A DNA stretch of 64,000 nucleotides from Alphaproteobacteria bacterium. Lineage in GTDB: Bacteria > Pseudomonadota > Alphaproteobacteria > JBBDQX01. The notes under the pieces were generated by a model. That model made no database searches. It had not been told where the DNA came from and saw nothing but the letters and a program-made list of their open reading frames with translations. Position 1 is the first letter of the stretch. Each line of letters begins with the position of its first letter. A program made the position numbers and the translations under genes. The DNA lies in NCBI GenBank assembly GCA_965601735.1, contig OZ271840.1, forward strand, positions 1,192,523-1,256,522. Reading direction: 5' to 3'. This document shows, piece by piece, positions 1 through 10,800 of the stretch.

Positions 1-36
1 GGGTGAACCCCGCTGCCCGGCGCTGCGCAGCCATGG

Positions 37-480
37 TCAGTTCAGGCTGATGTCGGCGTCCTCGCCCGTGCCGCCTTCCGCGCCGTCCGCGCCGAGGGTG
101 GACAGGGTGTAGGGCGCGCCGCCGGGGCCGGGTGCCTGGTAGCGGTAGGGGCGGTCCCACGGGTCCGCGGGCACCGTGCCGCCCTTCAGGTAGGGGCCGT
201 TCCAGCGCGCCGCGCCGTCCGGCCGGGTGATCAGCGCCGCCAGGCCCTGGGCCGACGTGGGGTAGCCGCCGTTGTCGAGGCGGTAGAGGTCGAGGGCGCT
301 CGACAGGGACTGCAGCTGGATGCGCGCCACCTCGGGCTTGGCGGTGGACAGGTAGTTGATCGCCGCCGGCACGGCGATGCCGACGATCAGGCCAAGAATC
401 ACCAGCACCACCAGCAGCTCCACCAAGGTGAAGCCGCGCTCGCGGCGGCGTGTCTGTTTGCGTCTAGAGAACCAGGGCAT
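37..480 (-). CDS. gspG: Type II secretion major pseudopilin GspG
   Basis: Prepilin motif RG|FTLVELLVVLVILG, then ALDLYRLDNGGYPT..QGL.AL, WNGPYL and DPW.RPYRY. Start at ATG 480 (alternative 492). Confidence 0.95.
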   Translation of the reverse strand: MPWFSRRKQTRRRERGFTLVELLVVLVILGLIVGIAVPAAINYLSTAKPEVARIQLQSLSSALDLYRLDNGGYPTSAQGLAALITRPDGAARWNGPYLKGGTVPADPWDRPYRYQAPGPGGAPYTLSTLGADGAEGGTGEDADISLN

Positions 481-1687
481 GGACACCGACAATAGCTGAA
501 AGCAGCGACAGCACGATCACCGCCACCACCAGCCCGATGGCGACGATCAGCGCGGGTTCGATCAGCGCCACCAGACGGCGCAGCCGGGTTTCCGCGTCCT
601 CGGCGAGACCGTCGGCGGCATGGCGCAGCATGTCAGACAGCTTGCCCGATTCCTCGCCCGCGCGCAGCAGCGCCAGCGCCACCGGCGGCAACACGCCGCG
701 CTGTCCGATGGCGTCAGCCAGCCGTTCGCCCGCCCGCACCGGCGCGGATACCGCGGCGATATCGTCGGCCAGCACGGCGTTGCCGGCGGTCCCGGCGGCG
801 AGGCCGAGGGCCTCGGGCAGCGCCGTTCCGCTGTCGAGCAGGGCGGCGAGGGACCGGCATAGCCGTTCCGCCGCGAGACCGCGCAGCAACGGCCCGGCCA
901 GCGGCAGGCCCAGCAGCAGCCGGTCGCGCGCCCGGCGCGCCGCCGGCGCCTGCATCCGCATCCGCAGCAACAGCCACGCCCCCGCCAGCGCCAGCGCCGC
1001 AACCCAGCCCCAGTCGCGCAACGCTGCGCCGGTGCCGACGACGATGCGGGTCAGCAGCGGCAGTTCGGCTGCCGATTCCCGGAACAGCGCCTCGAACTGG
1101 GGCACCACCACGGCCAGCAGCACGATCAGCGACAGCCCGGCGGCCGCCAGCAGCACCGCCGGATAGATCAGCGCAGAGGCAACCGCGGCAGCGAGGCGTT
1201 CGCGCCGGGCGCGGGCGTCGGCCAGGCGTCCGAGTGCAGGCGCCAGGGCGCTGCCCGCCTCGCCGGCGCGCACCATCGCCCGGTCGAAGCCGTCGAACAG
1301 GCGCGGATGGGCGGCCATGGCGTCGGAAAGGGTGCCGCCGCCGCGCAGGGCGGCGCGCATATCGCCGGCCGCGGAGGCCAGCGCCGGGGACGCATCCCCG
1401 CCGGCGGCCACGGCCAGCGCCCGGTCTGCGGATAGGCCGGCGGCGATCAGGTTCTCCAAAGCACGCAAGAAGGCGGTGACCTCCGCGCGCGCCGTACGCC
1501 GCCGGCGCCACAGGGTGGTGCCGGCGCTGCCCGTATCGTTGGCTGCCGCGCCTGCCGGCTCGACGGAGACCGGCAGCGCGTCGCTGCGGCGCAGGCTGTC
1601 GACCGCGGCGTCCCGGTCCGCCGCCTCGATGATGGTCTCGGTGATCTCGCCGCTGGCGGCGACGGCGCGGACCTGGAAGCGCGGCAC
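464..1687 (-). CDS. gspF: Type II secretion inner-membrane platform protein GspF
   Basis: Two T2SSF repeats (AGEAGSAL, ALIYP, AGEESGKL..ML, LIEP) with TM helices. Start placed at GTG 1687, just after the gspE stop; the longer ORF overlaps gspE. Confidence 0.9.
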   Translation of the reverse strand: MPRFQVRAVAASGEITETIIEAADRDAAVDSLRRSDALPVSVEPAGAAANDTGSAGTTLWRRRRTARAEVTAFLRALENLIAAGLSADRALAVAAGGDASPALASAAGDMRAALRGGGTLSDAMAAHPRLFDGFDRAMVRAGEAGSALAPALGRLADARARRERLAAAVASALIYPAVLLAAAGLSLIVLLAVVVPQFEALFRESAAELPLLTRIVVGTGAALRDWGWVAALALAGAWLLLRMRMQAPAARRARDRLLLGLPLAGPLLRGLAAERLCRSLAALLDSGTALPEALGLAAGTAGNAVLADDIAAVSAPVRAGERLADAIGQRGVLPPVALALLRAGEESGKLSDMLRHAADGLAEDAETRLRRLVALIEPALIVAIGLVVAVIVLSLLSAIVGVHALVL

Positions 1688-1689
1688 CG

Positions 1690-3369
1690 TCAGGACCCCT
1701 GGGTGACGCGCAGGACTTCTTCCAGCGTGGTCAGCCCGCGCGCTGCCTTGGCCAGCCCGTCCTGGCGCATGGTGACCATGCCGCTCCCATGCGCCGCGCG
1801 GGTCAGCGCCGGGGTATCGTCGCGGGCCAGCACCCGGGCGCGCAGGGCGTCGTCCAGCGGCAGCAGCTCGGCGGCGCAGATGCGGCCCTGATAGCCGCTG
1901 CCATGGCAGGCGTCGCAGCCTGCCGCCGCGTAGAGCTCGGCATCCGCGCCGTCGTAGCCGAGGTCCGCCAGCAGCGCCGCGCCGTCCGGCACCGGCGTGC
2001 GGCATTCGGGGCACAGGGTGCGTAGCAGCCGCTGGGCAAGGATACCGCGTACCGCCGAGGTGATGAGATAGGGCTCCACCCCCATATCGGCGAGCCGGGT
2101 CAGCGCGCTTGGCGCATCCGTGGTGTGCAGGGTCGACAGCACCAGGTGACCTGTCAGCGCCGCCTGCACAGCGATCTGCGCGGTTTCCAAGTCGCGGATT
2201 TCACCGATCATGATGATGTCCGGGTCGTGGCGCAGGACGGAGCGCAGCACGCTGGCGAAGCCGAGGCCGATCTCGGGGCGCACCTGGACCTGGGTGACGC
2301 CGGGCAACTGGTATTCCACCGGATCCTCGACGGTGACGATCTTGCGCCCCGGCGTGTTCAGCCGCTGTAGCGCGGCATAGAGCGTGGTGGTCTTGCCGCT
2401 GCCAGTGGGGCCGGTGGCGAGGATGATGCCGTCGCCGCCGTCGAGCAGGCCGGCGAGCCCGTCGCGCAGATCCTCGCCGAGGCCCAGCCGGTCGAGCGCC
2501 AGCGGCGCGGCGGCCTTGTCGAGGATACGCAGCACGATGCCTTCGCCATGCAGCGAGGGCACGCAGGAGACTCGCAGGTCGATGGCGCGGCCCTGCACGG
2601 TCACCCGGCAGCGTCCGTCCTGGGGCAGCCGGCGTTCGACGATGTTGAGCCCGGCCATGATCTTCACCCGGCTGACCACGGCGGCGTGGCGGGCGGCGGG
2701 CAGGCCGTCAACATCGCGCAGCACCCCGTCGATGCGGTGGCGCAGGCGTAGCCCCTGGCCGTCCGGTTCGAGATGGATGTCAGAGGCGCGCGCAGCGACC
2801 GCCCGCTCGATCAGCCGGTTGACCAGGCGCACCACCGGCACCTCGCTGGCCATCTCACGCAGGCGTTCCAGTTCGCCAGCGTCCACGGCGGCGTCGGCCA
2901 GGGTATCTGCCCCATCATCGCCGTAGAGGCGTGCCAGATGCTGGTCCAGCTCCACGGGTACCGCCACATGGGCATCAATGCGCCGGTCGAGCTGCAGCGC
3001 CAGCGCCTGAAGGGTGCCGCTATCCAGCGGGTCGGCCATGGCCAGCGCCACTGCCGCGCCGTCATCGGCCAGTGGCAGCACCCGGCAGGTTTGCAGGAAG
3101 GCCGGGCTGAGCCGGTCGGCCAGCAACGGGCTGTCGGGATAGGCGTCCGCCGCTACAAGCGGCAGGTCAAGCGCCGTGGCCAGCGCCGCGGCCACCGCCG
3201 CCTCGTCGGCAAGGCCCAGGCGGGGCAGCAGCCGGTGCAGTGGCTCGCCGGTCTCGGCGGCCACCGCACGGGCGCGCGTGAGGCCCGCGTCGTCCAGCAC
3301 CCCGTCGGCCAGCAGCCGCGCGACCACGGGTTCAGTGGCGCTGTCCAGGTCAGGCGAGGAGGGGGCCAT
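1690..3369 (-). CDS. gspE: Type II secretion ATPase GspE
   Basis: Walker A GPTGSGKTT, TVEDPVEY, LRHDPDIIMIGEIRD, TGHLVLSTLHT, and Zn-binding CPEC...CDAC. Confidence 0.95.
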   Translation of the reverse strand: MAPSSPDLDSATEPVVARLLADGVLDDAGLTRARAVAAETGEPLHRLLPRLGLADEAAVAAALATALDLPLVAADAYPDSPLLADRLSPAFLQTCRVLPLADDGAAVALAMADPLDSGTLQALALQLDRRIDAHVAVPVELDQHLARLYGDDGADTLADAAVDAGELERLREMASEVPVVRLVNRLIERAVAARASDIHLEPDGQGLRLRHRIDGVLRDVDGLPAARHAAVVSRVKIMAGLNIVERRLPQDGRCRVTVQGRAIDLRVSCVPSLHGEGIVLRILDKAAAPLALDRLGLGEDLRDGLAGLLDGGDGIILATGPTGSGKTTTLYAALQRLNTPGRKIVTVEDPVEYQLPGVTQVQVRPEIGLGFASVLRSVLRHDPDIIMIGEIRDLETAQIAVQAALTGHLVLSTLHTTDAPSALTRLADMGVEPYLITSAVRGILAQRLLRTLCPECRTPVPDGAALLADLGYDGADAELYAAAGCDACHGSGYQGRICAAELLPLDDALRARVLARDDTPALTRAAHGSGMVTMRQDGLAKAARGLTTLEEVLRVTQGS

Positions 3370-4102
3370 GCACCGCTCCGATCCAGGTTGCCGCCGCCAG
3401 ATAGGGGCCAAAGGCGATGGGCGTCGCAGCCGTTACCGCGCCGCGCCGCATGCCAAGCGCCGCGACGACGAGCGCCGCCACGCTGGCCACCAGCAGCACG
3501 GTGCCGAGGCCACTCCAGCCAACCCAGGCGCCGGCGGCAGCGAGCAGCTTGGCATCGCCGAGGCCGAGCCCGTCGCGGCCGCGCAGGCGGCGGTAGACGA
3601 AGGCCGCACCGGCGAGCAGACCGTATCCCAGCACCGCGCCGAGGGCCGCGCCGGTCAGCGCCGCCTGCCCGCCGGTGAGATAGGCGAGCGTCAGCCCCGC
3701 GGCGATCAGCGGCAGGGTCAGCGCATCGGGCAGCAGGAAATGGCGGCGGTCGATCAGCGCCAGCGCCAGCAGGCTCCAGCCCAGCAGCAGGGCCGGGCCG
3801 GCAGCAGCCGGCGGCAGGGCCAGCACGGCCCACAGCGCGATGCCGGTGGCTGCCAGCTCGGCAATGGGTTCGGCGGTGCCGATGGGGGCGTCGCAATGGC
3901 GGCAGCGGCCGCGCAGCCACAGCCAGCTCAGCACGGGCATCAGGTCGCGGGGCTGCAGACGGGTCTGGCAGCACGGGCAGGCCGAGCGCCCGGCCAGCGC
4001 GCCGCGCCAGTCCGGCCAGCGTGCCGCCAGCGTCGACAGGAAGCTGCCGACGAACGGCGCGGCCAGCACCGCAAGCCCTGCCCATCCGGCATCCATATCC
4101 AT
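3350..4102 (-). CDS. gspO: Prepilin peptidase/N-methyltransferase (A24; GspO/PilD)
   Basis: GSFL, RSACPCC, GRCRHC Cys pairs, ID..HFLLPD, GLGLGDAKL aspartyl motif, IAFGPYL; multiple TM segments. Confidence 0.92.
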   Translation of the reverse strand: MDMDAGWAGLAVLAAPFVGSFLSTLAARWPDWRGALAGRSACPCCQTRLQPRDLMPVLSWLWLRGRCRHCDAPIGTAEPIAELAATGIALWAVLALPPAAAGPALLLGWSLLALALIDRRHFLLPDALTLPLIAAGLTLAYLTGGQAALTGAALGAVLGYGLLAGAAFVYRRLRGRDGLGLGDAKLLAAAGAWVGWSGLGTVLLVASVAALVVAALGMRRGAVTAATPIAFGPYLAAATWIGAVHGPLLA

Positions 4103-4189
4103 GTGCCCCAGCGTTTCCCCCGTTGAAAGGCCGGGTTATCCTAGCCCACCCGGCGGTACGATGCGCCGGGATTCGCAAGGGAAGACCGC

Positions 4190-4618
4190 ATGCAGCGCGA
4201 GACCATTCTGATTGCCGGCCTGGGCGCCGCCTCGATCCTGTTCGCTATGACGCTCGCCGCCTGGCTGGCCGGTCCCGCGCCGGCGCCCGCACCCGCGCCG
4301 GCGCCCGCGCCGATGGCGGCGCAGCCCGCGCCGGCCGCTCCCGGGCCAGTCATGGCCCCGGGCGAGCGGCCCGACGCGGAAACCATTATTCGCCGTATCG
4401 ATGCCCTGCGTGCGCGGCTGATCGCCAACCCCGAAGACGCGGAAGGCTGGCGCATGCTTGGCCGGACCTACATGTCGATCGGGCGCCACCGCGACGCAGT
4501 CGAGGCGTGGAGCTGGGTGCAGGAACTGGTGCCCGGTGATCCGCAGGCGGCCGGGGCGCTGGAGCAACTGCGCGCCATCGCCGAACAGGGTGGCCGCCAT
4601 CCCCCCACCGGCCGTTAG
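4190..4618 (+). CDS. Membrane-anchored TPR protein resembling the CcmI/CycH/NrfG TPR domain
   Basis: N-terminal hydrophobic anchor, (PA)n linker, then LRARLIANPEDAEGWRMLGRTYMSIGRHRDAVEAW, typical of cytochrome c maturation TPRs. Confidence 0.65.
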   Translation: MQRETILIAGLGAASILFAMTLAAWLAGPAPAPAPAPAPAPMAAQPAPAAPGPVMAPGERPDAETIIRRIDALRARLIANPEDAEGWRMLGRTYMSIGRHRDAVEAWSWVQELVPGDPQAAGALEQLRAIAEQGGRHPPTGR

Positions 4619-4725
4619 ACCCGCGCCCGCCTGACCCGCGACCGGAACCGCGCGCCGGGGAAAAACCTGTCGAAACGCCCCGGACGCTGGTCTAAGCTTT
4701 TCAGTCAAATACGGGGGGTTTGACG

Positions 4726-6087
4726 ATGCTTGCACGCTTTCGGGTGTCTCATCGTAGGGTTCGGGCTGCGCTCTACGCGCTGGCCATGGCGGGCGCTTTC
4801 GGCGCCGCGCACACCGCCGCCGCCGATACGCCGGTGCCGCTGGTGGACAAGGAAATCCACATGGGGATCGCGACCTGCGCCGGCAGCACCTGCCACGGCG
4901 CGGTGCAGGCCTGGCAAGGGGTCCAGGTCCTGCAGAACGAATTCATCACCTGGCAGCGCAAGGACCAGCACGCCAAGGCCTACCAGGTGCTGCTCAACGA
5001 GCGCTCCAAGCGGATCGCCAAGAATCTCGGGCTGGAGGCAGCCCACACCGCGAAGGTGTGCCTCGACTGCCATGCCGACAACGTGCCCCAGGAACGCCGC
5101 CACCGGACCTTCCAGATCTCTGACGGGGTGACCTGCGAAGCCTGCCATGGCGGGGCCGGGCGCTGGATCGGCACCCATATCGCCGCCGACGCGACGCACC
5201 AGAAGAACATCGCCAACGGGCTGTATCCGACCGCCAACCCGAAGGACCGGGCAAAGCTGTGCCTATCCTGCCACTTCGGTGACGAGAACCGGTTCGTCAA
5301 TCACCGCATCATGGGCGCGGGCCATCCGCGCATGAGCTTCGAGCTCGACACCTTCACCGCGCTGCAGCCGGCCCACTACCGGGTCGACGCGGACTACCGC
5401 AAGCGCAAGGGCAGCTGGAACGGCGTGCAGACCTGGGCCATCGGCCAGGCGATGGCGCTGCAGATGCAGCTCGACGCCATCCTCGACCCGAAGAACGGCA
5501 TGGACGGCATCTTCCCCGAACTGGTGAACTTCGACTGCCATTCCTGCCACCGCAGCCTCAACGCCCAGCGCTGGGAGGCGCGCGAGTCCGTCGGCCTTGG
5601 CCCGGGCATTCCGCGGCTCAATGACTCCAGCATGCTGATGCTGACCGTGATCGCGCGGCATGTTGACGACGCCCTGGGCCAGACGCTCGCAGCGCGCATC
5701 CGCGCCCTGCACGGCGCAGTGCGCCAGGGGCATGACGCGATGCTGCGCGAGGCCCGTGCGCTCAAGGCAGTCAGCGACACCCTGGTCGACCGATTCTCCG
5801 CGCGCCAGTTCGGCAAGGCCGATATGCAGGCGCTGCTCGTCGGGGTGATCGATTTCGGCCTTGCCGGGAATTTCACCGACTACAGCGGCGGCGAGCAGGC
5901 GACCATGGCGCTGGCCACCATCATCAACGCCATGCAGGACACCGGCGCCATCGACAAGGCGCGCGCCGATGCGCTCAGCAAGGTGCTGGAAAAGGCCTAC
6001 GCCGCGACAGCCAGCGACGAGAAGTACACCGGCGCCGGCTACGCGGCGGCGCTACGCGAGATCAAGGCCGCCATCCCGCAGCTCTAG
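4726..6087 (+). CDS. Exported multiheme c-type cytochrome (c554-like; 4 CxxCH + 1 CX4CH)
   Basis: Signal peptide ending ..HTAAA; motifs CAGSTCH, CLDCH, CEACH, CLSCH, CHSCH; helical C-terminal domain. Confidence 0.85.
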   Translation: MLARFRVSHRRVRAALYALAMAGAFGAAHTAAADTPVPLVDKEIHMGIATCAGSTCHGAVQAWQGVQVLQNEFITWQRKDQHAKAYQVLLNERSKRIAKNLGLEAAHTAKVCLDCHADNVPQERRHRTFQISDGVTCEACHGGAGRWIGTHIAADATHQKNIANGLYPTANPKDRAKLCLSCHFGDENRFVNHRIMGAGHPRMSFELDTFTALQPAHYRVDADYRKRKGSWNGVQTWAIGQAMALQMQLDAILDPKNGMDGIFPELVNFDCHSCHRSLNAQRWEARESVGLGPGIPRLNDSSMLMLTVIARHVDDALGQTLAARIRALHGAVRQGHDAMLREARALKAVSDTLVDRFSARQFGKADMQALLVGVIDFGLAGNFTDYSGGEQATMALATIINAMQDTGAIDKARADALSKVLEKAYAATASDEKYTGAGYAAALREIKAAIPQL

Positions 6088-6189
6088 ACTGCGCCCACCA
6101 GATCGCCTGGACCAGCCCGGTTCCGGTGTCCGACCGCAACGCATTCTGGGGCGCGCTGGGCTGTTCCTGCTTCGCGGTATAATCCGCCG

Positions 6190-7800
6190 ATGACCGACGC
6201 GCCCGCCTCCGCACCGGCTTCCGCCTGGTCGCCCTTCCGGCACCGCGCCTTCGCCATCCTGTGGGGCGCGACGGTGGTCTCCAACGTCGGCACCTGGATG
6301 CACGATGTGGGCGCGGGCTGGCTGATGACCTCGCTGGCACCGTCGCCGTTCATGGTGGCGCTGGTACAGGCGGCGACCACCCTGCCGATCTTCCTGTTCG
6401 CGCTGCCTGCCGGCGCGCTGGCCGACATGGTCGACCGGCGGCGCATCCTGCTGGCGGTCTCCGCCATCATGGCGGTCGCCGCCGCCGTGCTCGGCCTGCT
6501 GGTGGCGCGGGACCTGGTGACGCCCTGGGTGCTGCTCGCCTTTACTTTCGTGTTCGGCGCGGGGGCGGCGTTCACCGCGCCGGCCTGGCAGGCGGTGGTG
6601 CCGCAGCTGGTGCCGCGCGCCGAGCTGCAGCCGGCGGTGGCGCTCAACAGCGTCGGCATCAATATCAGCCGCGCCATCGGCCCGGCGCTGGGCGGTGCGG
6701 CGATCGCCGCGGTGGGCATCGCCTTTCCGTTCTTGCTCAACGCCGTGAGCTTCCTGTGCGTCATCGGCGCGCTGCTGTGGTGGCAGCCGCCGCCGCGTCC
6801 CGCCGGCGGCCTGCCCGGCGAGCGCTTCATGGCGGCGATGCGCGCGGGCCTGCGCTACGCCCGGCGCAGTGCCGCGCTGAAGCACACCCTTTGGCGCGCG
6901 GTCGCCTTCTTCCTTTTCGCCAGCGCCTACTGGGCGCTGCTGCCGCTGATCGCCCGCGACCTGCTGTCCGGCGGGCCGGCGCTGTATGGCGTGCTGCTGG
7001 GCTGCGTTGGCGCGGGCGCGGTGCTGGGCGCGCTGCTGCTGCCGCGGCTCAAGGCGTGGCTCGGCCCGGACAACCTGGTCGCCGCGGCGACCGCGGGCAC
7101 CGCGCTGACCCTGGTGCTGTTTGCCACCGTGCCGCTGCGCGAGGCCGCCGCCGCGGGCAGCCTGCTGGCCGGCGCCAGCTGGATCGCGGTGCTGTCGAAC
7201 CTCAACGTGTCGGCCCAGGTGGCGCTGCCCGAATGGGTGCGGGCGCGCGGCCTCTCCTTGTTCATGATGGTGTTCTTCGGCTCGATGACCCTGGGCAGCC
7301 TGGTCTGGGGCCAGGTCGCCGAGGCGCTGGGCATCCCTGCCGCCCTGCTGATCGCGGCCGGTGGCGCGGTGGTGGCCATCGCGCTGACCCGACGCTGGAA
7401 GCTGCAGCAGGGCGCGGCGATGGACCTGTCGCCGTCGATGCACTGGCCCGACCCGGTGGTCGCCGACGGGGTCGACCCGGACCGGGGTCCGGTGATGGTG
7501 ACCATCGAATACCGCATCGACCCCGGCGACGCGGTCGCCTTCACCGAGGCGGCGGCGCGGCTCAGCCACGCGCGGCGGCGCGACGGGGCCTATGCCTGGG
7601 GCCTGTTCGCCGACATGGAGACGCCGGGCCGTTACCTGGAGTACTTTCTGGTGGATTCCTGGCTGGAGCATCTGCGCCAGCATGAGCGGGTGACCGGAGA
7701 GGACCAGCGGCTGCAGGAGGCGGTCAACGGCCTCCATCGCGGCGACGCGCCGCCGGTGGTGCGCCACCTGCTGTCGGCGGAGGACGGCCCGCCGCTGTAG
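6190..7800 (+). CDS. MFS transporter (MFS_3/DUF894 type) with soluble C-terminal domain
   Basis: About 12 TM segments; SNVGTWMHDVGAGWLMT, GALADMVDRRR, PAWQA; C-terminal SWLEHLRQHERVT. Confidence 0.9.
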   Translation: MTDAPASAPASAWSPFRHRAFAILWGATVVSNVGTWMHDVGAGWLMTSLAPSPFMVALVQAATTLPIFLFALPAGALADMVDRRRILLAVSAIMAVAAAVLGLLVARDLVTPWVLLAFTFVFGAGAAFTAPAWQAVVPQLVPRAELQPAVALNSVGINISRAIGPALGGAAIAAVGIAFPFLLNAVSFLCVIGALLWWQPPPRPAGGLPGERFMAAMRAGLRYARRSAALKHTLWRAVAFFLFASAYWALLPLIARDLLSGGPALYGVLLGCVGAGAVLGALLLPRLKAWLGPDNLVAAATAGTALTLVLFATVPLREAAAAGSLLAGASWIAVLSNLNVSAQVALPEWVRARGLSLFMMVFFGSMTLGSLVWGQVAEALGIPAALLIAAGGAVVAIALTRRWKLQQGAAMDLSPSMHWPDPVVADGVDPDRGPVMVTIEYRIDPGDAVAFTEAAARLSHARRRDGAYAWGLFADMETPGRYLEYFLVDSWLEHLRQHERVTGEDQRLQEAVNGLHRGDAPPVVRHLLSAEDGPPL

Positions 7801-7803
7801 CGG

Positions 7804-10800
7804 TTACTTCGGCAGCGCGGCGCGGCGGTCCGGCGGGGTGTCGCGGATGAAGTCCTCAAGCCGCACCGCGTCGGTGACGAACCAGGGCCGGCCGTTGCCG
7901 TCCAGATACAGCTCCTGCTGCTCCTTCAGATTGAACGGCCGCGAGCCGAGCCGCCCGAAGATGGCGATCTGGTGGCCGGTCTCGTCGACGCCCCGGTCCC
8001 GGTCGAGACCCTTGGACAGGGACAGCGCCGGGCGCATGGTCGGCTTGGTGGCGATCAGCGCGGGCTTCGGCTCCGGGCTGAAGCCGTAGAAGCGCGGCTG
8101 GGTGTCCGGCGCGGTGAGCTGCACCACACGGAGGCCATTGCGCCCATCGGCGACATAGGCGAACAGGGACGCGTTGGTCGAGGCGACGATGACGTCGCGC
8201 GCGTCGTTGATCGCGCCGTTCGCGTTGAAGGTCTCATACAGGCGCGGCTGCTCCGGGTTCTCCACATCGACGATGGCGAGGCCATCGGCGCCCGCGGCGA
8301 CATAAGCGTAGGTGCGCGCCACATAGACCCGGTTGGCCCGGGCCATCGGCACTGCCGCGCCGGCCACCACGCGGGGCTGCGCCGGCTGGGTGACGTCGAC
8401 GGTCTGCAGCCCGCCGTCGCCAACGACGAACAGGTAGCGGAACTGCACCGCGGTGGCCCGCGCGCCGGGCAGGGCGATCTGCGCCATCACCCGCGGCTGC
8501 AGCGGGTCGTCCATGTCGAGCACCACGACGCCGCGCGGGGTGGTGACGTAGAACACCGTGCCCGCGATGGTGAGGTGGCGCGCGCCATTCAGCACCCCGT
8601 CCGGGTTCCAGGTCAGCGCCCGGTCCATGAAGTTGTTGCGCGGCTCGCCGTCCTTCAGGGTCTCGTCGTTGGTCAGGATCAGACCTTCCTCGGAATCGGT
8701 GATGAAGGCGTAGCTGTAGATCGGGTGGAAGGGCTGCTCGCGGTTGGTCTCGCGCATCAGCTCGCCGGTGTTGTTCGGCGGGTAGATCGGCTGATTGGTC
8801 GGCAGCACGACGCAGGTGGCGTTCTTGCTCTCCACCGTAGTGTCGTGGCCAAGCGGCGAGAACGGCGCGGTGATGATGCGGTGCGAGATGCCCTTGTTGG
8901 CGATCGAGGCGACGTCATAGACCCGCATGCCCTCGCCACCCTGGGCGGCGTAGAGGTATTCGCCGCGGTGCTGGATGCAGCCGGTCGCCTCGCCATCCAG
9001 GTTGGCGTAGCTCTCATCCAGGATGCGGCCGCGCTGCTCATGGTCGCGGTGCCAGTCGGGATAGGCGTAACGGTGCAGGTAGCTGCCGATCACCGCCTGG
9101 GGCTCGTCATACTCGGCGACGCGGACGCCTTCGACCGCCCCGTCGAGGCCGACGAACTGGAACGGCCCGACGAAGTTCACGAAGTTGGTCCCGTGCAGCA
9201 GCAGCTGCGCCATGATCGCGTTGTTGTCGTTGTCCGCCGACAGGTGGCAGTCGGTGCAGGTCTTGGTTTCCGTCTTGCGCACGGTGTGGGCGAAGTGCGG
9301 CGCGAAGGCCTGGCTGGAATAGCCGCTGGCGGCGATCGGCGGCTGGGCGATGTAGATGCGCTCGCGGTTGATGTTCTGTGACGACAGCACCAGCGCCGAG
9401 GACGAGCGGATCGGCGCGATGGTGTTGTTCTTCACGTCGCCATGGACGCCCAGCTGGAACATCTGGTCGCGTACCACCTGCGGATTGTAGGTGGCGAAGT
9501 TGCGGGTCTCGCCGCCCTCATACTTGTGCCGCTCGGTCTTCCAGTTGGCCTGGATCGGCAGGTGGCAGCCGGCACACGATGTGGTCCAGGCGAGATGGCA
9601 GGTGAAGCACTCCATCTCCTCTTCCTTGTGCGCCCGGTCCTCGGGCAGCACGCCGGGGCCCCACTTCATGTCGATGCCGCCGCCCTCGCCGCCCTTGGCC
9701 ATCAGCTTGGCGCGCGCCGCCTTGGCGTTGTAGCCGTCATGGCCCGGCGTGACGCTATCCTTGGTGAGCGACACCTCCCACTCCAGCTCCGGGTCGAGCG
9801 CCGCGCGCTGGTAGAGCTTGCAGTCCCGGTCCTCGTCTACCGGCTTGGCGCATTCCGTACCGCGCCACTGGAAGCGGCTGCGCCCGTCCGACACCCGCAG
9901 GAGTGCCAGGTCGTTGCCGCCCGGCGGCGCGGCGGGCCCCGAGGTCAGCAGCGTCGGATGCGCGTCGTAGGTGCCATGGCAGTCGATGCAGCGGATCTCG
10001 ATCGCCGCCTGCACCTCGCCGTAGATATGGCCGTTGCCGTGGGCGTCCTGGGCGAAGTGGCAGTCAACGCAGTGCATGCCGACGTCGAGATGGATCGACG
10101 ACATGTGCACCGCCTTGTCGAACTTGTCCGGGTCGTCCGGCTCGACGATGTTGCCCTCGGCGTCGAGCAGGTTGCCCTTGCGGTCCTTCTTGAAGATCGC
10201 CCGGAAGTTCCAGCCATGGCCGTGATAGTCGGCGAACTGGGTGTTGTTGAGTTCCGGGTTCATCTCGCTGACCTGCTTGAGGAACTCCACATCGCCCCAA
10301 AGCCCGCGGATCGCCGCCTCCTCGGGATTGCGCTTGAGGATCTCGTACATCTCCGCGTGGGACGGGTAGCGCTGCTCCTCGGGCCACATCGCCGGCGCGT
10401 CCGATTCGTAGTCCCACATGGTGTAGCCCAGATAGGAGTTCACGAAGACGTTCGGCTGGTGCATGTGGCAGATCATGCACTGGCTGGTCGGGATCGCGTT
10501 GGTGAAGGTGTGGCGCAGGGGATGCCCCGACTTGTCCTTCGGGATCGTCGGGTCGGCGGTCTGCGTCTTGCCGGTATGGCCGTACTTGGCGTAGGGGCCG
10601 GAATGGCGCGGGTCGCGGTCGTTGGCGTAGACCACATGGCACGAGCCGCAGCCCGAGGTGCGGTAGTCGCCCGGCTGGTCGTTGGTGCCGAGGAACCACA
10701 GGAACGGGTCGTTCAGCCGGGTCTTGTGGATGTTGATCACCGGCACCGCGATGCGCAGGCCGGTGCCGGGGCCGCGGTTGGACTGGCGGATGTCCGGCCG

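Noticed and set aside
4270-4315. GC-rich short tandem repeat
   Set aside because: Encodes an in-frame (Pro-Ala)n linker; not a CRISPR or contingency repeat.
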